Assembly (NCBI GenBank): GCA_964187785.1
Contig: OZ076409.1
Span: 99,822,001 to 99,886,000 of the forward strand
Source of the DNA: Amphiscolops sp. MND2022
Taxonomy: Eukaryota
Direction: 5' to 3'
DNA: 64,000 nucleotides
The position numbers and the translations under genes are program-made. This document shows positions 23,231 to 36,135 of the stretch, in pieces; the first letter of the stretch is position 1, and every line of letters begins with the position of its first letter. The notes beneath the pieces are model-generated. The model saw nothing but the letters and a program-made list of their open reading frames with translations, was not told where the DNA came from and made no database searches.

Positions 23231-26200
23231 TTAGTCTTTAGAGCATCCTTCCTTTAAGTCTTCGACGGTCTTTGAAACCTCGGTGGAAGAAAGATTTCCG
23301 AAGAGAGTAAGCTCTTGAGCACCCCCAGATCCGGGAAGAACATTGCGGCCCACTGTGGACGAGATGGAAGAGGAACGTGAAGGGATGGTAACTGCCTTTA
23401 CAGGGGTAGGCTTGAGGCCTTTAAAAGTTGTCATCAGACTCTTCTGGAAAGAGGAACGCCCAAAGGTATCTACATGCGTCCAAGGATCGCCAGCAAATTG
23501 CCCAGAATTGAACTGATTGTCCAAACTACGGAATTTACCAAGGGAGCTCTCTGAAGTGCAATAGGCTATAGCTTGCGAACAACTAGCTAAATAAGACTGG
23601 GCAGGTAAGAGCATGTCCACAAAACGGCACTTAGGCTTGGAGGAATCTACTTCATGGAACTTGATAGCCGGAAGATCAGCACCGCCCTCGGTCAGGCAAA
23701 GGCAACTAAGTCGGAACAAGTGAAATAAATTCTTGCGAGTACGCATGGCTGGAAGAGCGACGAGGAAGCTGACCACATTTTTCATTTGCCCTGGCATGTC
23801 CTTGAACTGAGGGAAATTAGCCCTGAAGTAATCAACAAATTCCAGATATTCGTCTCGGTAATCAGGCTCCAAGGACCGTTGAATCCATCCACGCAGGCAG
23901 AAGGTCTGGAATAAAGCTCCAAAACAAAAGGTCACTTGATCCATGGACAGAGAAACCAGTGTATGTGGATCAAAACAAGCTAGACCATGGACAATATCGG
24001 CGGTGAGATGGACGTCACGTAAGAACGTCTCAAGTAAAAAGACGAAGAATCCTCTGGCACTTGTTGCAAAGCTGTCTCTTTCAGTGGCGAGTAAAGCGCT
24101 GAACTCACTGGCACTGATATTGGGGTCAATTCGGGACTGGCGGACTTTGGCTTTACAAGAGGCATCTATGTCAGTAACAAGTTTCAGCCGGTTCAAGAAA
24201 TCTCGGCACGAAAGCAACTTCAGGTCGTCAGGGCACAAATAAAGTAAGCCCGTCCAGTTCGTGTCGTCAGGGATACACTTGGGGAGAACTGCGCGAGAAC
24301 AAAGCTTTCGCAGGAAACGACAAAACTGCCCGAAAGTGAAGAAGGAAGCATCGGTCCGCCCGGACAGACTGCGTTCGAAGCACTTCACGTCTAAACACCA
24401 CACATACAGCAGGATCTAAGAGAAAACAGAAACGACCAAAAGAACCATACTTACAATCGCGGACTATGAGGCCGAAGATCTCCAATTTCACAGTGAAGTA
24501 AGCATCCATCAGGATCATCCACTCAAGACTTTGCGGCTGAAAGGAAAAGAAAGTGAAACGCCAGGCAAATGACCCAACTTGGACCCTAAAGACTACCACA
24601 TTTAGGTCCTGAAGGGAGAAACAATTATGGGGTCAAAATCAGGGGCACGACTCTGATATCTAACCGTAGTATCAAAAGGAAATTAACCAAATAATAAGTG
24701 TCTTACCCTGCCCCGGACTCCCTGCCAGGATTGGGAAGGAGCTTCTCGAGTTATGAAGTCGCGGATGTTAGGCCACTGTGCAATCATCTCACTACAAATG
24801 GCGGGGATGCTCTGCAAGTCCAAATCACAACTGGTAATGGCCTGGAATACAAATGTTTGATTAACCATATGCAAATCGGACTCACTCCACTCTTAGCCCG
24901 CATGTCCAACTATACATCTGGGTAACCTTAATCAAGGAAATAAGGAGAGAAAGATCTAACCGCTGAAAGGTTAGGGCAGTCCAACATCCATAGTTGACTA
25001 AGTGCGCTGATGAGGAAGACAGTTAGGTACTTGAGTTGGGAGAAGATGTCAATTTTCCCAAAGAAGTCATCATACTTCTGATGCATGAGACGCGGCAATG
25101 ACAGGACCTCAAATCTGAACGGGTACTGGATGGAGAATTTAAACAGCTTGCTCTGGTCAAGCGTTTGCAGCACAGCAGCGGGACATCCGGACACGCTTAC
25201 CAAGTTGGGCCCTGAGGAGATGAAGGATAAGACCCGAGAAATTGACCCGAAGAAATTTCCAGGGTACGCTGATGCCAAGGGGTGTCTACACAGTTCCACA
25301 CGTTGGACAACGTCCTCCCGCCAGAAACGTACGGCCATATAGCAGAAACCTTTGCGACTAGTGAACTCCAATGAGTAGGCGCCCTCCGTGGAGATCTGAC
25401 ACGCGATGTCTTCAGTACAGCGCAAGAAGATGTGATGGAAAATTTTCTAAAAATAAAATCAATCGCATTAGAACCGAATAATTAGGGATCTCACCAGGCC
25501 ACGTAGATGGAGGCAATACTTACAGTGAGGTTGTCCGCTCGCCAGTCAAAATCAGAGAAGAATCCTTGATGACTCGTAAACGTTCCGAATCGGGTCCACA
25601 GGGTACGCAGGAGCGCTAAGTCTCCGCCATGAGGCACAAAGAGTCCGATCAGGGATATCTGTGTAGTCGTTCGGAGCTCATCTGGACTAGAGGACCCTTC
25701 TAAAGTGGCAACGTAGTCATCATAAAAGGGAAACTTGTCTCCAATGTCGACGAGAGGAGCATCCATGAAAAGGGGTTTCTCCTTTTCCAACTGTAAAGGT
25801 GTTAACAAATATCCATCTTTATCCCGGACTTGGTGGGTCACTCTACCGGTTGTGGCATCAACTTCGCTGAGGTGTTCATACCTCCACCTTTGATCTCGAC
25901 GTAAATGTCCCTGAGTCTTATAGTGGCGGAGGATCTCCCTGGCTCCTTTTGAATAAATTGATATGTTTGTCTTACATATCTGGCAGTAAAATTTGTAACG
26001 GTTGTGTAGAGGATCGAGGGGCCCCGAGACAAAGGTTTTTGTCCATTGGATGCCTTTAAAGTAGGCATCCTTCATGACTTTGCCCGGTTTGCAGAGCATC
26101 TTTCTTCGCTTCCGAGGAGGACTGGGGTTGGACGTAACAGGGGATTGCGCCTGTGTGAGAGATGCTAGAGGACGGTAATCTGCGCTGCTGTAACTACTGC

Positions 26201-27050
26201 CTGAATTTGGGGTCGCGACTCTAGACGGACCCGGCTCGCCCAATACAGTGGCGAGAGTTTTAGAGGCTGAGACGAAGGGAGAACTGCCTTCAGATCCAGT
26301 TTCGATATTTCGAAAGTCCTCGTCAGTATCTATAGCTCCGCTAGTATATCCATCACTGTCAGCAGAAGCGCTTTCCCCTCCAGAACTAGATTCTTGTCCT
26401 GGTCCGGGTGTGGCTGATCGACGAGGGATGTTCCGAGATGGCTTTTTGTTTAAAGGGATCCCTTCAGTCACCTTTACCAACAGTGATTTCATCATGTGAA
26501 ACGATGATAACACTGACTCGTCAGCTATGGTGCGTAACACAGCGTGCACTTGGCTTTCACTGAAAGCAACTGTTGAGTGTCCTGGAGGCAGTTCGACGGG
26601 AACGTTCTTACTGAAATATTTGCGGATCACTTCTCTACCGCTTGGAGACAAATGTCTTTCACTTGAAAACACTTTGGTCCGGTAAGCTGCCTGTTCAGCA
26701 TCGCTGTTTCCCGAAGAATGCTGCAATTCGTCATCAAAAGCTGGGAACGCGTTTGGATCAAAGGTAAATCCGCCCAATTTGGTGGTGGGTAAATCGACTC
26801 CTGAACTGTCGTACAAGTCTCCCTGATCACTATTGTCACTACTGTACAATCCCCTTCGTTCGTGAGTGTCCTGCTGTGTTTCTTCAATAACGGTCGTTGT
26901 TGATCGGGTCTCTCCTGCTCTCTCTAAAGGATCAGATTCAGAAGCCTTGATAGACTCTCGGTTGCCTTCTCCTGCCTCAGGGTCAGGAGGGACTGCTGGG
27001 GGGTTTGAAAATTGAGAAACTGTTCGCTCAATGAATGCAGTGACACTCTC
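23231..27050 (-). CDS. Spliced antisense gene, >1100 aa, zinc finger plus degenerate hAT-transposase-like body, 5'-truncated
   Basis: Frame-preserving GT-AG exon model 27050-25524, 25446-24961, (24909-24886), 24841-24707, 24536-24455, 24390-23231; motif CQICKTNISIYSKGAREILRHYKTQGH; frame stays open up to the duplication junction. Confidence 0.75.
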
Positions 27051-30000
27051 ATCGGTTGCTTCGGTTCTTCGCCAAGTAGCAACATTGAGGCATGGCCATA
27101 TGTCAACATATCTGACTAAGGGATGTTGACAATTTTATTTTTTTAAATCTTTGAACGGACTTCGCTCCGGTCCACCCGCGTCAGCCAATCAGATTGCAAG
27201 GAATTATACAGTGCTACGCATTTTTCAGCTTAGTTAATACTTTCGTTTTTTTCGGCTTAGTGAGTATTCTGCTTCGTGGGAAGCCCTCTTTGAAACTTAT
27301 AATGTGACTAAAGTTTATTTGCATTGAAAACGCGGTAAAATTGATGACGGTCTCAGCTGCTTTCAAAATTAGAACGGCGTCTTAATGAAACCTGCAAAAC
27401 TTTGCGGCGCAAAATTGCCGCCAAATTTAGGATGCATTTTATAGCCAGCTTGATAAAATTAAATCGAATCAGTGAAGTCTTGTTGCATGGACGTTTCTTT
27501 GAGAATTGTATAAAATCATGGAAACTTAGGTTGGTAACCTACAAAAACATGTAAAAAGTTCAAGCAGTTCCAACCAGGGTGCCGTCAAGTATTGAGTAGA
27601 CCGATATGCGCAAAAATCCCCTAAAATTGACCATAAAAAGTGACTTTTGACTCAACTTTTATATAAATACTATTAATTTGATTGTCGTCAATTTTTTGAT
27701 GCTATCAAGCAATGCTATCAGAAAATGATATGAAAAAATTCTGAGAAACTTTGACAAAATAATTTCAAATCTAAATGAAGTAATTACTTTGTGAGGTAAT
27801 GATTAATCGAATTTTTTCTCAATTCCGGAGCAGTTTGCGTAGAGTTTTCTAGGAAATCTAATTAAAGTGATTCAACTCACGTGCGCTGGCGGATTTGATC
27901 AATATTGCAGCAGCGTTTATAAAGTAGTTTATATTACAAACACTTCAAAATGTATCGAGTGTTACCAAGTATCAGGTAGTGGTACCAAGAACCACGGCAA
28001 ACGTGAAAAACGTAGGCTGGATGAGGAGGCCAAATAGAAACTTACATTTTAATCTTCTGTCTATTTCTCCACCGCTTGGACGTGAAAAAGGAAGCAAAAA
28101 AGAAAACCGACCAACAGTGGAGAGTGTGAATTAATTTTTCAAGAGGTGTATAATTAATTGATTACGCAAAGATAATCTTGTTTGGCCTTTGATAGCATTA
28201 TTGGCAGCGCTGGTTTCCTCCGGCGCGCAGTTTGTATCTGGCGTCAGCAGGTAAATCCGGAATTAATGGACCCGTATTTTGATATGGCGTATAGGGATGA
28301 TAACAAACAACCAAACAGGGGGGGGTGATAAATCCCAAAATAGGTGTGGGGGTAGGATGGATGTAATTTGGGGTCAGGATGTAAAAATTGGATAAGGCTA
28401 TCGAGAAACGGTGTTGGCGGATCGGTGATAAGAATTGGAGGGAAGAATTGAATTTCTGGAGGTTCTGCGTTGTTCGCAGGTGTGTTTATTTTGCATAAAG
28501 GCAAGCTAATTTTTTATGCACATGAAAAACGGCGGCTATAATCGAAGTCGGCCGGTGGAGAATTGTTATGACTGGATTTTATTCGAGTACAAAATGCGAG
28601 TACACTTTAAATACGTTCCAAGTGCACAGTGCCAAATTATTGCAACATGATACGTACTTGCTTGCTCGGTCTTACCAGCCACCAACCAGAAAACTGGCTA
28701 GAGTCTAGTCTGGAAGGGGCAGGAACCGGACTCCGGACTACGGTACCGGTCTAAGTCCACATTATGTTCGTAGCGATGACAATTCGCTGCTAATTAAAGT
28801 TTGATGGCAAACAAAATTTCATCCATCATCGCTTGTTGTTTTTCCCGCTGAAAAAAAAAGACCTTCAATTTCAGACATTTTGAGTGAACTTTTTTAAAAA
28901 GAGTTTCCATGAAAATCGGGTTCCTTGCTAGCACTTTGCTTGAGACATTGGACCTTTTTTCACCATTTTTTTTTCGGATGAAAATGTATTTGGCAAGTTT
29001 AACTGTTTGGATTACCTGCCTTTAAAAAAGTGTTGCGATATTTTTCGTACACTTGTTCGCAACGTGGATAGTAGTGTCGCAGGCGGCCGCCTGCGATGGC
29101 AATTGGTACTCTGTGGCATATGACTACAGCAAGGCCCTACCCGGAACGGTCCCCCTTAATTGAGGAAAATAACGAAGAAGTTTGAAACTTAGTGTAAAAC
29201 TAACCATTTTGCAAAACTATTTTCCATGTATTAATGCCCTTAAAATACGATGTTACTTTTATTCAGTTACTGTATTATTGATTTAATACATTGCATTATG
29301 TAAAGTTGATTAACAGCATTAATAATTGGACACCAAGGCGTACAGGAGGAGGAAACGAGTTCAAGTGTTTTCTCTCCTGTCGCCGAGGACGGCCAGTCCA
29401 ATTATTAAACTGACCAATCAGAGTGCAGTGTTCATTAAATTAATCCATTCTAGTACGGCGCGGCTTTGTACAAGCGCCGTACTCGGCTTTTGTTCGTATA
29501 TTCACTTAGTGCTTAGTTGTGATTAAAAGGACTGCTGGTCCAACTAGACATGCGTTGCTTCAAACAAGCCATTATTTCAGGCCGTCCACGTCTATTTGGA
29601 CGCCAAGGACGTATTTTCTATGTGCCTTAGAAATGATGAAATATACCATGAAATGTTGCTATTTAGTATGTATTTAGCCTGCTTGGCTAAAACACCACTT
29701 TGTTTATTAAAAAACATGAAATTTGATGTACATGTAAATGTATGAAGTGTTGAATTGATGATGCTATGTTAAGGACTCAGTGTCCTCTTAAACAAATCAA
29801 GCCGACAGGCTTTGAAGTCTAATTTTAGACCACTATGTGATGTCATGTTACTATATATATAGCAGTTGCTGTATTTAGATGGCAGTGAAGGCTATTTTTA
29901 GAATGTGACCCCCATAATATTGCGTGTCATGTAAATTTGAACTATATATACTGCGGACCCTAGGTCCCAAACAGAATGTTACCTGTTATTGTTACAATCA

Positions 30001-30620
30001 GTTTGTTGGAATACTCAAACTTTGTTTGCAAGCCTAAGGAACTAATTCAAATTCTTACCTCTTGCAATAAACTCTTATGCCTTCTACAAGGAGACAGAAA
30101 GCAAAAGCTAGAAAATCCAGAGAAATGGACATATTGTCCGATATGGATAATTTAGACGTAATGATTGGGAATGAAAACCCTTTAGAAAGAGAGTTAGCAG
30201 GTGTAATAGACCAATCTTCCGTTCACGGCGACATGGAAATTGGTAACCATTCAAGAAATGACTTTAGAGATTACATACATGAAAATGAGCCTCATGGTCA
30301 AAATGACATAAGACAGTCCTTTGAAACTTTCTCAAACGAATTTAATCTTAGGTTGTCCCAGGAAATGGATTCCATGATGGCTATGGTTCACGGGCAAATA
30401 AACAGAGCAATTAGTACTGCTATAGCGGAGAAGGTGATTCCAGAAATACAAAACATCGTGAGTTCTATGTCGTCTTCAGGGAACAGGGACACAGAGGCCA
30501 GTACGTCCCCTAGTAGTCAGGAGAATAGGAATGATTTATCTGGCCTAAGAACTAAGATATTGAAAAAGGACTCACGGTCCATGGGCGACTTAAGGAACGC
30601 CGCGGAACGTGGCTCTTACA
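27051..30620 (+). repeat. 3570-bp direct duplication, copy 2
   Basis: Copy of 13094-16663: about 2 kb of flanking DNA plus the element A LTR. Confidence 0.95.
29075..30620 (+). mobile_element. Solo LTR of family A
   Basis: AGTAG on both sides (29070-29074, 30621-30625); near-identical to 15118-16663; no PPT before it and no PBS after it. Confidence 0.9.
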
Positions 30621-30625
30621 AGTAG
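30077..30625 (+). pseudogene. gag: LTR-encoded Gag N-terminus (182 aa) ending in the TSD
   Basis: Same as Gag A residues 1-181 except one F/I change; the stop TAG comes from the target site. Confidence 0.9.
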
Positions 30626-32085
30626 AGACATTGATTGACTGATTTATTGGTGTGTGTAAAGTATAGAAAAGTATATGAAAAGTATATATAAAGTGTAGAT
30701 CAATTCTACATGGTATATACACGTGGATATACAACATGTAAAGATGCTTTGATGTTTGATAAAATATATCCCTGCAAGCCTACAGATTCCGCTTTCATCC
30801 TGATTTTTTGATTGTTTCTCTTTTCTTTGCGGTTCATCATACTGCAACGTACTTTCATGTTTGCATAAATAAATTATCCACTTTCTTTTCTTCAACGGGT
30901 GTCCTGTGTAGAGTTAGGGATAAAATTATGATAATGTAATCCAACTCAACACTTTCAGTCAAACACAATCACTTACTCGCCTTCGGCGTCTCCTCAAAAC
31001 ATTTTGAATGATTTTCCCCTTTTCATCAATGATGATGTAAGATTCATACATGTCCATGCATCTCTGTGATTCATTTCATCAAACATGTCATGAATTTCCT
31101 TCAAAGACCTTTTGAGGATCTTTCGAACTTGTCAAACACTTCAAAGCTGAAAATTTGTTTTGAAGGCTCTTCACTTACGTTAAAGTCCAAAATGAAACTC
31201 AAACTCATTCAGCCATCACACTTTCTTAACTCTTTTTAGCAAAAAAGAGTTGTCATGCCAGCATGATGGAAATATAATCTACTAAATATCTGTAATGTAA
31301 ATATTATGTCTTATGTACTTAGATATGGGCAATATGATGTCATATAATAAGAGCCATGGTTGTGAGCAACCCTACGTTACTTATACTTAATCCCCATTTC
31401 CCCCATGAGTTTGAGTTATATATATTTACTTAATACTGAGCGCTCTAGTTCCGGTGTCCGCATAAATTATCTTGCCAAATAGTCTCGAATGTGCTATATT
31501 TCATAAATATTGGTTTGTCACGACAAGGGAGAGAAGTTTTTCGGGTCAAACTGGACCGAGAGATACAAGAGAGACGAAATGTTAACTTCTACTAGCTCCC
31601 CGCCTCAGGACTTGTAGTCGTGACAACACTTTCATGCAGTTCATCGCTAGTCCATCAGCGGATTTAACGATGAACCCGAATTGACTGATAAATTCATTAG
31701 ATCCATCAGCGGATTTAAGTTGGAGCTATTTTGAATGAAGTTCATCGCGATTTCATCTCCGGAATTGCAGATGAACAACGATTGGGACGTTAAACTGACT
31801 TTTCATCACTAATCCATCAGCGGATTTTATGGGACCTTATTTTAGTAATTTCATCTTAAATTCATCGTTGTATTTCATGTAAAGAAATTTCAATGTGCTT
31901 CTCATTTCTTAAAGGACAGTAACACATCCCCTATTCATCTCTCACTAGCATAGAAGGGAAATGAGAAAGTACATCATTAATCCATCCTAAAAAAAGTGAA
32001 AGTGCTGGTTATCTGATTTGCTTAGTAGACCCATCCTTAATTCATCTTGATTTCGTTCGTGCTGAAAATTAATCATTTTAGTGGA

Positions 32086-32290
32086 TGAGTTCATCCTAAA
32101 CTCATCGCTAAATTGAATCGCCTTAGTATTTGGTGTTTTAACTGGTGAGTTCATCCTAAACTCATCGCTAATTTGTATTGCTTTGGTATTTGCTGTTTTA
32201 ACTGGTGAGTTCATCCTAAACTCATCGCCAATTTGTATTGCTTTGGTGTTTGCTGTTTTAACTGAAAAGTTCATCTTAAACCCATCGCCA
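32086..32290. repeat. 60-bp tandem repeat, ~3.4 copies, in a TTCATC-rich tract (31631-32640)
   Basis: Unit TGAGTTCATCCTAAACTCATCGCTAATTTGTATTGCTTTGGTATTTGCTGTTTTAACTGG repeats on consecutive 60-nt lines. Confidence 0.9.
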
Positions 32291-33229
32291 AAAATTCACT
32301 TGTGCTAGAATTAGCGTTTATCGACTGAATTCATACCGAATTCATCGTCTTTTTAATCTGTGCTGGAAATTAGCAAATTATACGTGGAGTTCATCCTTTT
32401 ATCATCGTCAGTTTAAATTGTGTTGATTTTCGAGCGAGAAAGACCACCATTCATCGCATTTTCATCCAGAGCTAAACTAGACTTGAAAATCAGCAAACAT
32501 TCTTACAGGTTCATCGCATTTCCATCTTCAATTTTTAAATCATTGGTTTTGGCGCTAGAATCAGCGGAAAACATCGTTTTCCCATCCCGAATTGTGCTTT
32601 ATCTTAAATTGACTTGAAATTAGTGCGTTATTGAATGATTTGAGCTCATTTTAGTTGCTATAGAAACCATGATGCTACGTGCAGGCAATTGCGACATTGT
32701 AAATTGATGACTAAACACAATTAACATATGTAGATGTACCATGATGCGTGGCCACTTTGCGGCAGTTCACAACACCGGTCACGTGACTTACCATTTTAAC
32801 ACCAGCTGGTAACAGCCAATGAGAGAAGGTTGGTAAGAGATTTAGCGTCTTACCAACCGAAAAGACACGTGAACTGCTGTAATTTGGACCGCCATTAGCG
32901 ATTACTCAGACGGAATTGCGACAAGCTACCATCCAGTTGAATAGTTCACGCGAAAAATCTACTTGAAAATATATCTCTATTTCATCTTCAGAAACTATAG
33001 AACTGAAACTGGGTAATTTCCTTGGTGCATCTACGATTGCGATGAAAATTGGATGAACTTTCCTAACCACCTTGCTAATTTCCTTCTCCTCACCTAACGA
33101 CTTACTTGCTTGTACGACTTCATCTCTAAAACATCTCAGTTCAGATTAGTGAATTTGAGATCGAATAGCCATTTAAATTAGTAAAAGATATCGAAACAGC
33201 ATCTCAGATAATCCAGTCTTCACTCATAA

Positions 33230-33557
33230 TTCTTTCCTCTCGGCTACATCAACCCAGATCAAGGTACCGAACTTAGAAGCGGTAGAGTCATAAATTCTTC
33301 GTCAGAAACATCTTCTCCAACAGATCCAGACATAGCTCAGGCAAACTCAAATGATTCTGACACCAACGACAATTCAGATATCTCTTCTCAGTTATCTGAG
33401 ATAAAAGAAAGTTATGAACGCCGAATTAACGAGTTACACCAGGAGTTTAGTCAACTGAAGGACTTAATGATGGCGATTGTAAGCAAGAACAATAACGAAT
33501 CTCAGCCGTCTAGCTCAAGAGGTCCTTCAAAGCCGGCCCAACAGCTTGGGTTCGACA
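33230..33557 (+). pseudogene. Gag-N-like reading frame at the 3' end of a probable third LTR remnant
   Basis: 109 open codons (..TELRSGRVINSS..SQLSEIKESYERRINELHQEFSQLKDLMMAIV..QLGFD) ending at TTCGACA; the 5' LTR boundary is unresolved. Confidence 0.55.
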
Positions 33558-33699
33558 AGAGTTCACCTAAAATTTCACCTAAATGGGTTCTGACAATTTT
33601 CAGTCAACGCTTCATGATGTGAAACGCGACTAATATAGTGATTTTTTTCAACCACACGAACTGTCCGAAATAGTTCTATTAAAAGTTCAATAAAAGTGA

Positions 33700-36135
33700 A
33701 CAGGACAAAATGTACAGTTTGGCCCAAAACACTTAACTATGATAGTTTTTCCTTTTTCAGCGTACCTGTCACCATCATTGGGTACGACAAAATACAAATG
33801 ATTCTACAATATGACGTGTGTTTGTTTGGCCGCTTCCAAAAGATCAGAAATCTGTTCAATGTCAGCAAACGACCCGTTGACTTACTGGGATATACTTTTT
33901 GTAGGTCAAGATTAGAAGTTGACAACAAGTTTATCCCGAAGGCACGAACATTGGTGGCAAGAGCAGGAGCAAAATTTATCATCGGAAAAGATTTGCTAAG
34001 TCGTTTACTTTTTTTGATTGAACCCAAACGAAAGAAAAGTCCATTGATTCTCTGAATAATACAAATAAAGGAAACGAAATACCACAAGAAAGGTAGAAAA
34101 ATGTAGTTAACATTCAACCACCAAAATTGTTTGAACGAAAAGGTCGCATAGGACATCCAAAAATACATGCGAAATTACACAAAAGAACTGTGCCAAGACA
34201 GCAGACGCGCCGCCGTGTACCGGTCTAGCAACAAAAAGCAGTAAAACAAGAAGTCGACCAAGTAATACACGAAGGACAATATCTATAATCTTATAGTCAT
34301 GATTGCAGAAAACGTAACAAAAAACCCGGAAAGACATTCTTTACAACACTGGACAGACTTGACGTACGCGTACAAACAAGGGGAACTAAGCAATGAACAT
34401 TTTAACTTCCAAATTTTCGTGGGGGTGACGCGACCGAGATCTACAGTTTCGTAACGAAATATTACGGCCTCACCACAATGTCAACAGAACTTCAACGAAT
34501 CGCGGACCTCACTCAAGCAGGTATCTCAAACACATTTGCTTTCATTGATCATATTCTCATTGTAACACATGGAACAGAAGAAGAACACATGACGAAGTTA
34601 AAGAGGTCTTGGAGAGAATGGATGAAGCGAACGTTTGCCCTAAATTGGAAAAATGCACTTTAGCAGCGGAGAGCATCGAATGGGTTTAGACATAAACTAA
34701 CACAAGAAGGAGTAGAACCCATCTACAGCAATGTCCATGGAAATTCAGAAAGATTGTTGCCGAAAACTCTAAAACAACTGCGATCCTTTCTACGCGCAGT
34801 AAATGAGTTCAACAAATTTGTAACAAAATTCTGTTTTCTGTTCCGAACACTTTCAAAGAAAGATACTGAATGGAACTGGACTGAAAAAACAAGGAAAAGC
34901 CTTTGAAAAAGCTAAAATTCGAAAAATGAACTCGAATAACTCGCTATAGAATGGGCAGTAGATTATTTTTGTAGCTGATTCTAAATTAAAATACCTTATG
35001 ATCACAAAGCGCTAGCAACTGTGCAAAACGTTCAAAAGGTAAATAAACCATTTTCAAGCAGGTTAACGGGGTGGGTCGATCGACTACACCCCAGTTCGAA
35101 CTTGAAGCATTGCACGGAACGGAGAGAACAATAGGTATAACAGCTTACCTATCTATAAATTAATCATCAACAACTGAAAATGCAATTACCGCAAAAACGT
35201 CATGGAATGAATTGTTTACAATTATTTGTTCAAAAACAAACTTTATCAATCTTAGCAAATCAACACGCAGACCGCTGCAGACGGCACCCTGTCACAGGCC
35301 AGAGCGAATCATGCGAAGCATAGATCGTGATACTGCGAGCGGAACTCAAGGGGCCCAAACGGCTTCATAAAAGCAAATGATTAAAGAAAAACTCGAATGT
35401 CAATTAACGATAGAAAACGTAACCGTAAAGCAAGCAAGTTACCGAACGCAGTTAAGGCGCCTGTAAGACGTTCCTTTACTATTGATTTGTGGACAAAAAA
35501 ACTCTTTTAAGATCAAGCCTTCTACGAATTGGGGAAAACTTACACACACGAGCAATTATTACAAACTACCATCGCCCTACTAAGAAATTTCGACACAAAG
35601 AACTTTGACAAATTTCCAAAAATCTGGCAACAAAGATTTTAGAGAAATCAGTGTGGACGACTGTGAATTCATTTACATCGATGAAAAATGGTCATAACCC
35701 TGGAACTGAGAGAACGTATATTCCGCAGCTTACACTGGAAACACCCTGAGCGAGACGTCATGAAACAATCAATGGTAGACATCTGGTTGCTGCAGATATA
35801 TAGGGATACTGTGCTGCCCGCAAAATCCGGCGTCAAGGCAAGAATGCAGGAATGCAGGTAAAAATTTAGAAGCAATTTAAAAAATCCGATTACGAAATAC
35901 TGCCCGCGGCTGAAAACCACAACGACGAAGCAGAAACAGATTTCGCTGGCCCATTTAAATTTGCCCCGGAAAGAAATATATTACCAATAAATACTTATTA
36001 GTTTCAATTGACCATAAAACAGACTGGCCAGATGCCAATTTTTACAAAAACCAACCGCCGACAAAATAATTGAGTTTTTGAACGCATACGTAGCGCAGTT
36101 TGGCATTCCAAAACAAATAGGAACTGATCCGCAGC
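33700..36135 (+). pseudogene. pol: Heavily decayed Ty3/gypsy pol
   Basis: Fragments in order: KFIIGKDLL (protease), YGLTTM..AFIDHILIVT (RT), LAIEWAVDYF/DHKAL/SRLTGWVDRL (RNase H), DFAGPF/SIDHKT/FGIPKQIGTDP (integrase); many stops and frameshifts. Confidence 0.8.

Larger units (their letters stand above)
15118..27050 (+). mobile_element. Ty3/gypsy LTR retrotransposon A, 3'-truncated
   Basis: 5' LTR, PBS, gag, pol in PR-RT-RH-IN order, antisense spliced gene; internal sequence stops abruptly at the 27050/27051 junction with no PPT. Confidence 0.9.
29054..31625 (-). mobile_element. Older solo LTR (~1.0 kb) interrupted by the element A LTR
   Basis: TSD ACACT (29049-29053, 31626-31630); minus-strand termini TGTCACGAC...GCGAACA; minus-strand AATAAA ~40 nt from its 3' end once the insertion is removed. 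Confidence 0.75.

Noticed and set aside
31516..31625. 110-bp MITE with TGTCACGAC inverted ends
   Set aside because: No TSD (TGGTT vs ACACT); better explained as the end of the older solo LTR.
31987..32290. 60-bp array as a CRISPR array or as a coding repeat (95-aa ORF)
   Set aside because: Whole units repeat with no unique spacers, no cas genes are present and the context is eukaryotic; the ORF is a by-product of the 60-bp period.
31251..33557. Solo LTR bounded by AGAGT repeats (31246-31250, 33558-33562)
   Set aside because: It would overlap, not nest with, the better supported ACACT-bounded LTR. The left match may be chance, so only the 3' end is reported.
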